Below, in pieces: positions 26,835-40,005 of a DNA stretch of 64,000 bases. A program made the position numbers and the translations under genes. The stretch lies in contig NC_058369.1 in NCBI RefSeq assembly GCF_018350175.1, positions 14,510,001 through 14,574,000 on the forward strand. Direction: 5' to 3'. How positions within the stretch are numbered: the first letter of the stretch is position 1; every line of letters begins with the position of its first letter. Source of the DNA: Felis catus. Taxonomy: Eukaryota. A model generated the notes under the pieces. That model made no database searches, had not been told where the DNA came from, and worked only from the letters and a program-made list of their open reading frames with translations.

Positions 26835-27097
26835 ATGACTGAAGAAGCATGCCGAACACGGAGTCAGAAACGAGCGCTTGAACGGGACCCAGCAGAAGAT
26901 GATGTGGAAAGCAAGAAAATAAAAATGGAGAGAGGATTGTTGTCTTCAGATTTAAACACTGACGGAGACATGAGAGTGACGCCTGAGCCAGGAGCAGGCC
27001 CAGCCCAAGGGTTGCTGAGGGGGGCAGAGGTGACAGCCATGGGCAGATGTGAAGGGCAGGCGGGCGACGGGCCCGTGGACATGCGTACCTCATACAG
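26835..27097 (+). CDS. GATAD2A: GATAD2A coding exon 1 (exon probably begins at 26829); [16 protein letters not shown]...PVDMRTSY
   Basis: Translation matches the p66-alpha N-terminus, including the IKME SUMO consensus. Acceptor ttttctccttccaaag at 26828, donor CAG|GTGAGC at 27097, phase 2. Confidence 0.97.
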
Positions 27098-28439
27098 GTG
27101 AGCAGGAGGGACCTGGAACCAGGTCTTGTGGGTGTGAGAAGGCGGTGGGGAGATGGGCCTGAGGAAGCAGCCCTTGGTGAGTTACGGGTTCTAGTCCTGG
27201 CATTGCTGTGCTGTCCTGGACAAGGGATCTCCTCACTGGGGCCTGGACATCAATGGAAAGGGGTGTGGGTCTCACAGGAGGAAGGGGCAGTATCCTCCTC
27301 CATTGGCTGCCCTGCAAGGCAGTGAGTCTTCATTAAACTGATACCATTTGTTTCTTCAGCTGGTGCTTTTGGCTTGTGGAAAAAGTTGGGAGTTTTTCAT
27401 TTCAGTATATGTCCCTGCTTTACAGATCTGGGGTTCTGGAGGCCAGGGATTCTATACTGGATCTGGGTAACTAGGCTGGGGGCAGAGTCTGGAGTCCAGC
27501 TCAGAGATGCCTCTCACACGCGCCACCACTCCTCTTAGGCAGCACGTTGTGAAGGAGGAGGTCACTATTCAAGTCTGTGGTGTGGTCTGTTGATTTTTCG
27601 TTAGTCAGTACTGATTACTTCAAGAGTATTCAGATCCTCAGTTTTGTGAGGTTCTTAAGGAAAAAACTTGAAAGAATTAAGACTCATTTTACCCCCTTTC
27701 CCTACCTCCCTCATTTCTTCACTCAGAAACATTCTTTTCTTTCTGTAAAGAGAAATCTGGGCCTAACTTCTGCTGTCACCGCTCCCCTTGGAGCTCTGGT
27801 GGGAACCATTCTCTCTAGCATGTTTACGCTTAGATGTCCTATGAGCCAGATACGCCACAGTGGGTGTGTTTGTATGGCCACAGTCTCCTGGCCACCCCTC
27901 ACCAACCCCCTAATCCTCCCCTGCAGACTCCCTTCCATGTCTGTTTGCCCAGAGTGGGGGTGAGGGTGGCAGGTGCAGAGCTAGGGAAGCTGGGAACGTT
28001 TTGCCTTCTCATGAGTGTTGACTAACCACACACAGGGACTCCACCCTGTAGTCTTCATGTTAAATTCATTTTGGAGCTCAGACTTTTGGAATCCTAAGAA
28101 CTTCAGAGATTATCTGGCCTGGTATTTCTCAGCTTTACAATTTTTACCTCTTTGAGATAAATGGGAAAATCCAACCCCTTCTACTGGGGAAGCATCTTAG
28201 TTTGAGGGGGTGTGTGCTCTGTGTTTCTACTACCCAAAAAGGCCTTTTTCTGTCTGGCTGTGCTTTTTGCTGTTCCTGTCCCAGAGGCCTCTTTTAAAGT
28301 TCCAGAAATAAAATTGTAAGTCTGGTTCTTCTTTCTCTCCCTCTGACTTGGTCCTCAGTAGTGTCTCAGGTACTATATCAGGTAGCTGAGGAGGAGAAAG
28401 AGCCTCCTGCTGTTTGTGAAGATCTGCTGGATGTTTGTT

Positions 28440-28665
28440 TCTTTCTTTCTTTAATTTTTTTAATGTTTATTTTTGAGAGAGAGAGAGAAAGCATGAGTCG
28501 GGGAAGTACAGAGAGAGAGGGAGACACAGAATCTGAAGCAGGCTCCAGGCTTGAGCTGTCAGCACAGAGCCGGAAGTAGGGCTTGAACCCCCGATGGACC
28601 GGACTGTGAGATCATGACCTGAGCCAAAGTGAGACCCTTAACCAACTGAGCCACCCAGGCACTCC
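28440..28665 (-). mobile_element. Can-SINE
   Basis: TSD atctgctggat(g/a)ttt. Confidence 0.92.
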
Positions 28666-29689
28666 ATCTGCTGGATATTTCTCGTGATCCTGGGCTCCTG
28701 GTGTGCATTTTCTCATGTTATCACCTTGCTGCCCTGCAGGGCAGCCCAGTGGATTGTGAGGGAGAGGTTACCAGATCTTTCTGTTGATACAGCCTGGGGC
28801 TACATTTGGCCTCTGGGCCTCTTGCTTCCAGACTTTTCCCACTATGCCCATTGGCTTCCAACCCAAGGTCACTTAGACTATGTTTTCTGAAGTTGATGGA
28901 GAATGATATCGTTACAACACATAAAGGATGCAAGGGAGCAGGGATCAGAGATTAACTTAGGCACACAGGGCATTGCGTGATCAGTACTCCAGGACTAGAA
29001 ACACCTCAAGACACTTATAAAGCAGTATGAGAATGTGGACAGAGTTTGGCCTTGGTGGCCAACAGGCATAGTTGGGGTCACATCATACTCCCTGGCTGAT
29101 CTTGAGCACATGATCTTAGTCTTTGTTTCTTCAATAGTAAAATGGGTGATAATCTCTGGCTTATAGGTTGATGGGTGACAGACATGTACCCAGAATTGGT
29201 CCTAGGGTGGAGAGCAAGTGTTGGTAACAACTGCCCTTCAATCTTGGCTCAAAATAAGATATCCATATGTAGAGCTAGTATCTCCCCAAGTGCCCACGTA
29301 GAATGTTCTGTTTAATTCATTGGAGAAGTACACTTGTGCATTTTGACAAAAATTACAGGAACAAGTACCCCAAAGCCTTTCCAAACTGTAATCTGTTCTG
29401 GAGTGTATGGCCCCAGTTTCTGTTAGAAACAGGCAGTCTTTGGATCCTTGTTGAGAGCATGTGGCTCAAGAACATCCCTTTAAGGACCTTCCTATAGCAC
29501 AATGTGGTTGTTCTTGGTTCCCAGGTTAGTGTGAGATCCCTCACTGGCCAGATCAAAAGGTGGCACGGCACGGCTGTATCTGGCCATAGTTTAGGTTAGC
29601 TGAAGCTCTTTGGCTTCAGGTTCACTGAATCGTGTAAGATTAACATGCCAGTTTTATTTTTACTCATTTATTTTAAATGTTTGTTTATT

Positions 29690-29938
29690 GGGGCACCTGG
29701 GTGGCTCAGTTTGTTAAGCGTCCGACTTCAGCTCAGGTCATGATCTCGCGGTCTGTGAGTTCAAGCCCTGCTTCGGGCTCTGTGCTGACAGCTCAGAGCC
29801 TGGAGCCTGTTTCAAATTCTATGTCTCCCTCTTTCTCTCTCCTCCCCCACTCATGCTCTGTCTCTCTCTTCTCAAAAATAATAAACATTAAATGTTTATT
29901 GTTTATAAACATTTAACAATAAAAAATAAATAAACGTT
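29690..29938 (+). mobile_element. Can-SINE inserted in the tail of an opposite-strand SINE
   Basis: ggggcacctgggtggctcag head and an A-rich tail. Confidence 0.92.
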
Positions 29939-29940
29939 AA

Positions 29941-30128
29941 ATATTTATTTATTTTTGAAAAGAGAGAGGATGCATGCGTGCATGGGAGAGGCAGAGAGAG
30001 GGAGATAGAGAATCCCAAGCAGGTTCAGTGCAGAGCCCACTGTAGGGCTCAAACGCATGAACAGTGAGATCAAGACCTGAGCTAAAACTGAGTCTGATGT
30101 TTAACTGACTGAGCCACCCAGATGCCTC
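29941..30128 (-). mobile_element. Older Can-SINE (its tail continues at about 29655-29689)
   Basis: Outer TSD taacatgcca(g/a)tttta at 29641 and 30129. Confidence 0.88.
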
Positions 30129-30174
30129 TAACATGCCAATTTTAGATTGTTGTGCTGAGAGAATTTCATTTTTG

Positions 30175-30490
30175 TTTTTTAATTGAGATGTAGTACACAT
30201 ACTGAAAAGTACAGATGGGTTCCAATTTTCACAAACTGAATACATCCTTGTAAACTAGAATCAAGAAACAACCTTGAGGCCCCCTTTAGCCCACTTATCA
30301 CTACCCTCTGAGGGTAACCAGTTTCTTCTAACAGCATAGATAATTTTCTGTTTTTGTACTTTAAATAAATGGAATTGTGCAGTCTGTACCCTTTGCTTGC
30401 TTTCATTCAATATAATGTTTGTGAGATTTACCCATGTTGTTGAATTGAGCAGTAGTTAATTCATTTTCACTATTGTATAGTATTCTGTGT
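30175..30490 (-). mobile_element. Ancient L1 (L1ME-like) 3' fragment
   Basis: aattgagatgtagtacacatac...aatgtttgtgagatttacccatgttgttg. Confidence 0.6.
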
Positions 30491-30816
30491 CTAGAATTTG
30501 TTTGGCTCTGTTTCAAAACTGCCTCATTTTCTTTCATGCTGTCTTATGACTCTAATTGGGCTGTTGAAGACTGGAGGGAGTTTTTGGTGGCTTCTAGGAG
30601 AGATAATTTTCTTTTTCTTTAAGGCAGTGAGTGGCTGGTGAATTGAAATCACCAAGATAAAACCTTTTTTTTACTACATTGGGGTGATATGTAGCATACA
30701 TAGGCAGACAAAGGGGTAAAGTCCGTTCTTTCCCTCTCTACAGTTCCCCTCTCTATCTCTGACAGTTTTTCTGACTTAGGCTCCCAATTTGTGTATATTA
30801 AAAAAATTTTTTTAAT

Positions 30817-31176
30817 TAATTTTATTTTTTAAATTTACATCCAAATTAGCATATAGTGCAACAGTGTTTTCAGGAGTAGATTCCTTATTACCCCTTACCC
30901 ATGTAGCCCATTCCCCCCTCCCACAACCCCTCCAGTAACCCTCTGATCTCCGTATTTAAGGGTCTCTTATGTTTTGTCCCCCTCCCTGTTTTTATATTAT
31001 TTTTGCTTCCCTTCCCTTATGTTTATCTGTTCTATGTCTTAAAGTCCTCATATGAGTGAAGTCATATGATATTTGTCTTTATCTGACTAATTTCACTTAG
31101 CATAATAACCCTCCAGTTCCATCCACGTAGTTGCAAATGGCAAGAGTTCATTCTTTTTGATTGCTGAGTAATACTC

Positions 31177-31234
<58 letters not shown>

Positions 31235-31312
31235 CCGCATTTTCTTTATCCATTCATCCATCGATGGACATTTGGGCTTTTTCCATACTTTGGCAATTGT
31301 TGATAGTGCTTC
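30817..31312 (-). mobile_element. 5'-truncated carnivore/felid L1 3' end
   Basis: Carnivore L1 3' UTR. 17-bp TSD AAAAAAATTTTTTTAAT at 30800-30816 and 31313-31329. Confidence 0.9.
31179..31226. repeat. (GT)24 microsatellite
   Basis: Perfect dinucleotide run inside the L1 fragment. Confidence 0.97.
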
Positions 31313-31319
31313 AAAAAAA

Positions 31320-31748
31320 TTTTTTTAATGTTTATTTATTTTTGAGAGACAGAGTACGAGCAGGGGAGGGGCAGAGAAAAAGAAGCAGAATCGGAAGCAA
31401 GCTCCAGGCTCCAGCTGTCAGCACAGAGCCCGAGACAGGGCTCGAAGCCACGAACTGTGAGATCATGACCTGAGCCTAAGTCAGAGGTTTTAACCAACTG
31501 AGCCACCCAGATGCCCCTCAATTTGTGTATTAAAAAAAAATTTTTTTTAGTATTTATTTATTTTTGAGAGAGAAACAGAGCATGAACAGGGGAAGAGCAG
31601 AGAGAGAAGGAGGCACAGAATCTGAAGCAGGCTCCAGGCTCTGAGCTGTCAGCACAGAGCCTCATGCGGGGCTTGAACTCAAAAACCACGAGATCATGAC
31701 CTGAGCCGAAGTCGGACACTTAACTAGCTGAGACACCCAAGCTCCCCC
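31320..31748 (-). mobile_element. Two tandem Can-SINEs (31320-31517 and 31541-31748)
   Basis: The flank caatttgtgtat is repeated at 30785, 31519 and 31748. Confidence 0.9.
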
Positions 31749-31829
31749 AATTTGTGTATGTTTTATTTTCAAAATAAATCAAAGCTGGGGAATAATTTCC
31801 TCCCCCCCTCCAGTCCCCCCCCAAAAAAC

Positions 31830-34665
31830 CATAAAACTGGACAGAATTGGCCCAAAAAAAGCCCATCGTTTGAGCACTCTAGAAATTGACCAGAGGCATA
31901 CAGCAATCTGAGAAGTGTTTGTGCCTAAGAAACTGCCAAACTTCAGGTAAGAATAGTGAGAATCTGTAGCATTTAGCCTGGGACTCCTTCCATACCATCT
32001 CCCCAGTTCTATTGGTAGGGAAGTTCTGCCTAGGCTGTGAAGACCAACCTCTTTTCTGTAGGGGTGAGAAGGGACTCATTCAATTTAAGAGAGTGGTGGA
32101 TAGCAACCCTGGGCCCATGGCCTTGTTGGTTGAAGTGACAGTCTTGGAGATGGGCAAATGGGGAAGGATGATTGCTGTATTAGCCCCAGGCTGCAGTCAT
32201 AGTTGGAGCAAGACAGAAAAACTACTTGAAGAAATAATGATCAAAAACATGTGAGGAGAAGCTCAACAAACCTCAGGGAGCTTAAATACAAAGCGATCTA
32301 TAACTAGACACATCATAGTCAAATTGTTAATAAGTCAGAGAAAAAGAAAATCTTGAAAGTGGCAAGAGGAAAAGGACCCCTCACATACACGGGAGCATTA
32401 ATATGATTAACAGCCAGCTTCTCATCCAAGACCATGGAAACGAAAAAGGAGTTGAGTGACATTCAGAGTACTCAAAGACAAAAACTGTCAACCTGGAATT
32501 CTGTGTCCAGCAAAACTCCTTCAGAAACGAAGGCAAAAAAGACATTTTCAGATAAAGACCAAGAGAATCTGTCACGGTCAGACCAGCTAGTTCTTCAGAC
32601 TAAAAGAAAATGACATGTTGGTAACTTAAGTTCCCAGGAAGAAATAAAGAGCATTGGAAATGGTAAATACATGGTCTAATATAAAATACTTTATTCTCAT
32701 TTCTTCTTATAACACATATCATGTAAAGCATTAACTGTAACTAACACTGGTCAGCATAGACAAAAATAACCATTTCAGCTCTCTGGAAATTGACCAAGGT
32801 ATACAAAAATCTCTTGTGTTTATATGTTTATAGATCTGTCAGACAATGATAGTATAAAACAGGAGGAATGAAATGGAGCTCTTTTGGGGTTAAATATCTA
32901 CATTTTACCAGAGTCGAGTTAATATTAATCTGAAGTATGTTGTGGTAAATTAATAAAATTATTATAATATCTAGAGCAATGATTAACAAAATAGCTTTAA
33001 AATATGACTTAAAAAATCAACAAAAGAATATAACGGTACACTAAAAAATGTTTAACACCAAAGGAGATCATCAGCAAGGAACAGAGGAACATAAAAGTAA
33101 GAATGGGTGTAGAATACAAATAGCAATATGACACCTGTAAACCCAATCATATCAATTATTGTGTTAAATGTGAGTAGTCTAGGGGTACTGGGTGGCTCAG
33201 TTGGTTAAGTGTCTGACTCTTGATTTCGGCTCAGGTCATGGTCTCACAGCTGTGAGAGGGAGCCCTGCATCATCTGTGTTAGGCTCCGTGCTGGATGTGG
33301 AGCCTACGTAACATTCTCTTGTCTCCCACTGCCCCTCCTGTGCTCTCACATGCACTTGCTCGCTCTTGCTCTCTCTCAAAAAAAAAAAAAAAAAAAAAAA
33401 AGGTGGTTTAAACACCCCAATTATAAAGGCAGAGATTTTCAGACTAGATGAAAAAGCAAGATCCAGCTTAATTATATGTTATCTGTAAGAGACACCCCTT
33501 AGATTTAAGGATGCTTAAAATCCTTTGGTAAAGTGATGGGAAAAGCTATACCATAAGTAACCATAGGAAAGCTAGAGTGACTATCGATGTCAGATAAAAT
33601 CGACTTTAAGACAAAAAAATATTACTGTAGCCAAAGGGCAGCATTTTATAACAATATGTCAGGGAGACATAACAGTTATAAATGTATATGCACCTAACAA
33701 CAACCCCCAAATACCTTAGGAATAAATTGCTAGGATTGAGAGTAGAAATAGACAATTCATCAGTTATAGAGAATTAAGTACTCCACTCAATAATTGGTAG
33801 AACAGCTAAACAGAAAATTGGTAAGATTCTAGAAGACTCAAAGAGCATTGTTGACTCATTTGGTCTAACAGGAATCTATAGAAGACCTGGTGACTACAGA
33901 AAACAGAATATATCTTTTTACATTCTCATGGATCATTCTCCAGGGGAGATCAGATGCTGGGCCATAAAACAAGTCTCAAAGATGGTTGTGGGTTTTTTTG
34001 TTTGTTTGTTTTTTTAAAAGACAGTAACAAGTGTTGGTGAGGATGTGGAGAAAGTGGAACTCCTCTCATACTTTGCTGGTGAGAATGTAAAATGCATAAC
34101 AGTTGGCAGTTTATTATAAAGTTAGACATGAACATTCAACATGACCCAGTATTCTATCCAAGGATGGTACTCAAGAGAAATGAAAACATGTGTCCACACA
34201 AAGACAGGTACATGGATGTTCATAGCAGCATGATTCATAATAATCAAAAAGTGGAAACAGTCCATATAGCCAAGATTAAATAAAATGTTATATCCATGCA
34301 GCGGATTACTATTTAGCAATAAAAAAGTGAACTACGGATTTATGCTTCAGCGTGGATAAACCTCACACTCCCTATGCTGGTGGGAAGACAACAGATCCAG
34401 AGACTGCTTGTTGTATAATTTCATCTACAGGGAATGTCCAAAGCAAACTTACTGTAGAGACTGATCAGTGGTTGTCTGAGGGCAGGGGTGGGTGCAGTGA
34501 TTAACATCTCACAGGCAAAAGGGAACTTTTGGGGGTGGTGGAAGTATTCCAAAATTGGATTGTGGTAATGGTTGCACAATAAGTTTATTAAAAATCATTG
34601 AATTGTACTCCTACAGTGAATGAAGTTTGTGGTATGTAAATTAGATCTCAATATGGATGTTTAAA
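31830..34665 (+). mobile_element. Degraded old L1: ORF1 tail, ORF2 endonuclease remnants and a 3' end
   Basis: agacacatcatagtcaaattg...aaaatcttgaaagtggcaagag (ORF1 RHIIVKL...KILK-ARE-like), cagataaaatcgactttaagac and tatatgcacctaacaac (endonuclease). Many disabling changes. Confidence 0.8.
33182..33401 (+). mobile_element. Can-SINE inside the L1
   Basis: SINE head and poly-A tail. Confidence 0.9.
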
Positions 34666-36539
34666 AAAACTAATGAGGTTAAAATAGTTTGGTTTCTGTT
34701 CTGGCATCCATAAATGTGCTTACAAGAAAACAGAAATCCACAGAGGTGGAAGTTGAGCCTGCTGGCCTTGTGAGACCAGCCCAAAGGTCATGGGCACATG
34801 CCTACCCTCCCCCTCCCCCCCTCCCCCCAAGTCAGGACTATTGGAGGAGGCTAGAGCTGGGGCAGGCAGTGGAAGCTATGTTGAGTTCTTTGTTTTGTTT
34901 CTGTGATAAGTAGATTCTACTCCTGTACTTTGCTATAGAGAATCTCTTTCTGTCACAAATTGTTGATCTTTAGAAATAATCTGGGCCATGCATAGATGAG
35001 AACAACTTTTTTCCCCCCTCATTTTGGGTGGAGGAGCATTTAACTCAATAAAGTATGAGCCTCTTCTCTAGATGTCCTGCACCTGAAAGGTAAGGACTAG
35101 GTGTCTTGTTGCTCTGGGCCTTTGTAGGGTGGGAACTCCATGAATGGCCACCCCCATGCTTTACTGAAAACGTGTTTATATATGCCTTTTTCTGAGACAT
35201 CAGCCCTCCCTGGATTGTTAACACACCAGGACCAGGCTTACTGTGATAGGCACCGTGGTGGTCCCTGGAGGTAGAAATGATAGGACAAGATCTGACTACA
35301 GCTACTTTCTGGTGTGCTGTAATATGAAAGAATGTACAGAGGTCTTGGGGAGAAAGACTAGAAGTTAAGGGGTATGGCTCATTGGGGATGGAAGTCAATG
35401 GGCATTGAAGCAGATCATCTATACTTCTTCATTTTACCTCGTTGGGGCTCCCTGGGTCCCACGGGGGCGGGTGGGGGGGCGGGGTAGTGGCAGACTAGTA
35501 GGCCAACTTCCACTTCTCAGTAGCCTGCTACATGGGCCTCAGTGGATGTGGGGCAGATGTACTGATGACTTCCTGTCGGGTTCTCTTGGGGTGTGTGGCC
35601 TTTGGGTAACTGCATGTCTCCCTCCTCTCTTCTTATCCCTCTTTGCATCATGCATCTCACCCACAGGATGGGGCTTCATTCAAACCAAGGGCTTGCCCTG
35701 TGCTGTGGGTAGAAGGGGCTCCTATCTGGCACTGAGGGGCCCTTGGCCTGTTGGGGACTGGCAGTAGCACCTGAGGTGTTAGAGCTGTCCCTGACTTTTG
35801 TTTTTCTGGCTTTCCACACTCCCTTGTCAGACACTTGTGAACTTGAGCATACTAAAAATGCATAAAAGTACTCTCTGTTTTACCAAGCCTGCAAAGCAGG
35901 GCTCTTTTGTTAAAGCTGGTGTTCTTGATGACAGAATCCCTGCTCCATCTTTCTTTAGAGACTTTGGCATTCACCAAGGAGGTGACACATCTGTAAATAA
36001 ACTAGTCATCTCTTTTGTGCCTAGGGATGTCACTACTCATCATTTGGTATTGAAACAGGGCTTGGGTGTCCTGCAGTGGTGTGTTGTGTGAGGGCACAAT
36101 CATCTACACTCACATTAACGTCTGATGTCTCTTCCAAAGCGAAAATGAATCTGAAAGTAACATGATAGTGCAGCCACAGCTGCCTCTTGTCTATAACATG
36201 GGATTATGTGAACAGTCTTCTTCTGTTCTATATAGAAATGGGGCCTGCAGGAAAAGGTGTGTATTCCTTAACTTTTCCAAGATGACATTCTAGGTCATAG
36301 GTAGAGTTCTTGTTGTGGTGGATGCTCTTTACAAGCAGCCTCTTGGGAGAGGAAAGATAAACACTTGGGTTGCCTGCCTTGCAAGGAGGTAAAGCGCAGT
36401 GAGCCTCTCCTGGTGTGTTTTTCACCTGTGTAGTCCAAAGCCTTATCAGGATACAGAACCTAGTCATCACCATAAGAAGGGGCCATTTATACATTTCCTG
36501 TCATCCTTGACTGGGTGTACTCTCTCACCCTAGACTAAT

Positions 36540-36990
36540 CTTGCCTCTTCTCAAAAATGGATTCTAGAAATGGAATCATGCATGTGCTCAGTGGGGCCTG
36601 ACTTCCCTCATTCCATGTGCTTTGGGATTCATCCCTGTTGTACCAGTATTTTCCTGAATGACTCCTATGTGGGTATGCACAGTGTATCCACTCACCTGTC
36701 CATAGACACCTGGCAGTCTGCAGTTTGGGGCTGGTGTGAGTACAACTGCTATGATTATTCCTATAGGGCTGCACATGGGCATCAATTCTCATTTCTCTCT
36801 CTTGGTAAATACGTAGGGGATGAATTGCAGGGTCACAGAGTAAGTGCATGTTGAATTGTTATTAAAAAAAGAAAAAAAAAACCTACTAGGCCTTTCCCCA
36901 AAAATACCTGGGCTGTTTTGCTCTCACAGGTATGGGGATTCAGCTGCTTCATACTCAATTTGGTATTGTCATTCTTTACAGTTTTAGCCA
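36540..36990 (-). mobile_element. Ancient L1 3' fragment
   Basis: tttctcttggtaaatacgtaggggatgaattgcagggtcacagagtaagtgcatgtt. Confidence 0.65.
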
Positions 36991-39900
36991 TGGGGTCTAC
37001 AAAGAGGTCTGGGTCCAGGTCCTAGCCTTCTTGTGTGACTTTCACCTTTACCCCGTGATGATAAAAGGGTGGTCGTTGCCACATGGGCTGTATGAGGATA
37101 GAAAGGCAGTTCTCACCAGCTATGTACTGACCCGAGCCCCCATCTATTCTCTTTTCAGGACCGTGCCCCATCATAGCTGTGCCTGGTCTGGCCAGCTGTC
37201 TGCTGGAATGTGCATCCTTGAGGGAATTGGGTGGATGTAACACAGCTGTGGGTGTGATGGCTTGGGTTTTTGCACTGCCTGGGCAGGTGTGGTTGCAACC
37301 CTCACTCTTGACTCTCTGACAGTCTTCCTCATAGGGAATGACCATCTCTCCCTCCCCCTCCCCTTTTGTGTGAAAGCTTTGGAAGTCTCTCAGCCAGAAG
37401 CCTATCTACTGTGTGACCATCACTTCCCCTGAGTCTGGGGCCTCCTGCACTCTTCTGGAAGGTTCTCTGGAGTCCAGCCCAGCCCCAGCACCTGTTGTGG
37501 GCTGGCTGCTGCCTTTTACTTTCTAATTCTCTACTGCTAGGTGACTTCTAGGAGGGGCTGGGCAGTCTCAAGGAGCAGCTCCATCAACTCAGACTAGAAC
37601 TCTCCATAGCCTGCTTGCTTTTCTTAGCTTGGTTAGTGCATGGGAACTGAGAGGTATATTCCTTTGGAAATCTGGTTCTGATTCTGTGCTTCCTTCCCTG
37701 CGTAAGCTGTGGCCTCTCTTATCTCCTCATTCTCTGCCTTATCCCTTCCCTCCAGGCTCTTCATCCCAGTTCTTTTTGTCCACATGCCTTTATTCTGGAC
37801 TATATCTTATCCTAGGTTTGAAATTATTGAAATTTGAGGGGTTCACCTGTACTTCTAAAAATCATTAGGTAATGCTGGGGTATCAGAGTGACAGACTCTG
37901 GATGTCCTCTTTCTAACTCCCAAAGAGACTTAGTTCACATGGGGCCTAGTGTAAGCCAGCCTGATAAGAGGTAAGGAGCCACCTGCCCCTTGCCTTTACA
38001 ATACCTTCCTCTAGTCATGAAGGGTTGTCCCTTTCTCACTGGATGGTGCCTGCCTTCTTAGGGATGTGATGGTCCTGACAGGAACCAGAAGGCCACTGTG
38101 TACAGTCAGTGAGGTAAACGCCTGTCAAGACTCCTCCTTTAGCAATCAGGGGCTCTTCAGACATGTGAGTTAAGCAGAATTATAGATTAAGCAGGTCATT
38201 TTATTTTGAAATTATTTGGTTTAATTCTGCAGTTGAAGTTTCTGATACCTCTTCAGCACATATTCCTGCTAGTGCCTTGTTTGTCACCTGACAGATTCCT
38301 CATCCTTTAACTGGTGCCTTAGCTGCTGTAGCAGGTCATTTAAATGTTTTACCTGCGCAGATATGTGAGGGCTCTTACCAGCCCTCCACTGTGCCACTTA
38401 AAACTGCTTTCATGTGCTTTGTTTTGTATCTTGCAGCCAATTCTGTGCTGTATTGAGAACTGTTTGTACCAAAACCATAACAAACCTGGATGGTGGGGGT
38501 GGCAAGCACACTGGCCTGAGGGATCCTGTCCTGTCCCTCGCAGTCACCTAGCCTGGTGAAACAGTGGGATGAAGAGGGCCCTGTGTAGAATAGGTAAAAA
38601 ACAGGGGTAAATGCCTGGGACCTCCCAAGGGCCTGTGTGACTCCAGGTGGGGCAACCAGGAGTCCACCTTGAGAAGACTTTTCTCAGCAGAAAGCGCCTG
38701 GAAGAAAAGGAGAGCTGACCCAGTGGTAAGAGATTTCCAGGGTGGTTTTCTTTCTGTCAAAGAGATGAGCATGTGAATTATAATTTGTGAGCCCAAGGGG
38801 AGTAGCAGGTGGTGGAAAAAGAATTGGCGCCCAGCAGCTTCATTCCATTCACATCCCCACGTGGCCCGGGACCATTCACTCTACCCTGGTGAAGCTCATT
38901 GTCTTCTCTGATGTGAGGCTGGTCGTTCTTAAGCTTCGGAAGCTCCCAGTGTGGTCTAGTAAGGTGTGTCACAGTGCTGATAGGAAGACGTCTTGGGACT
39001 TACAGTTGTCCAATAATGAGGGAAAGGAAGGCAGGTGAATGGTCACAGACCTCTGTGGGAAAAAGGTGGTGACACAGTGGCTAGGCAAGGTCAGTTGCCT
39101 TCAGAGACACTGAAGTGGCCAAAGCAGCCTAGATGTTGGTGAGAGGGGCCTGCCTGGGGGTGGGATGGGAGAGGAGGTAGGGAGTGTCTGTTGGGTGGAG
39201 AGGGGAGACATACCAGACGTTACTAATCCCTTTCCTTGGGTCCCAAGCCATAAGACTGCTTATTTTTAGAGCTTAAATCATAAAAATAGTCCTGATGTAA
39301 ATAACCACATTGAAAAGCTTTATTTGGATCTTAGCGGGACTAAGACCTGGTGACATGCAGAGTTCCCTAGTGCAGGGCCTTGATAGCATTCAGAAGCAAC
39401 TTTAACACAGCCACACTCTCTAAAGGGAACAAGTCCAGGTATCCACTGTTCCCTCCTTCAAGAGGACTTGCAGTGTCCGTGGGCAGTGTGGGAAAGAGTG
39501 GTCTGGGTAGCACATTTTATGGAGCTCACACACCAGAAATTGGGGTGCTTAGGGGCTCCAAGTCCTTGGAGGCACTGGGTTTGGTGAGAGGGCCTGAGAA
39601 GGCCCACAGTGGCAGTGGGAGCAGGGCCAGGTTATCTGGTGGGAACGATGAGCCATAGGACACACCTTCTGGAGGGGAGAGAGTTGATGTGCTCTGGGCC
39701 TGGATATAGCCCAGAAGCTTGTGGGACACCTGATTGTGATGGTGGAGGTAAACATGTCTGGAGGAGGGAGGGAGGGAAATGCCTTTACCTGGAGAATGGA
39801 GGTAGGAAGGGAATGGGGTATGAGAATGGACACCACCCCTAGTGTCCTGGCATTAGGAGCCTGGGGCACCTGACTGACCTCCGAGGGAAGTCTGGGCTTG

Positions 39901-40005
39901 GCCTGCCCATCTGCATACGCAGGGTGTCTAGGCTGCCCTAAATGGTGCCAAGTTCACTGTGAATTGGGTAACTGCAGAGCCTGTACAGTTACCACTACCC
40001 CCACC

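Noticed and set aside
31830..34665. Possible intact L1 or domesticated retroelement gene
   Set aside because: It is fragmented, with frameshifts, deletions and a SINE insertion, and has no long ORF.
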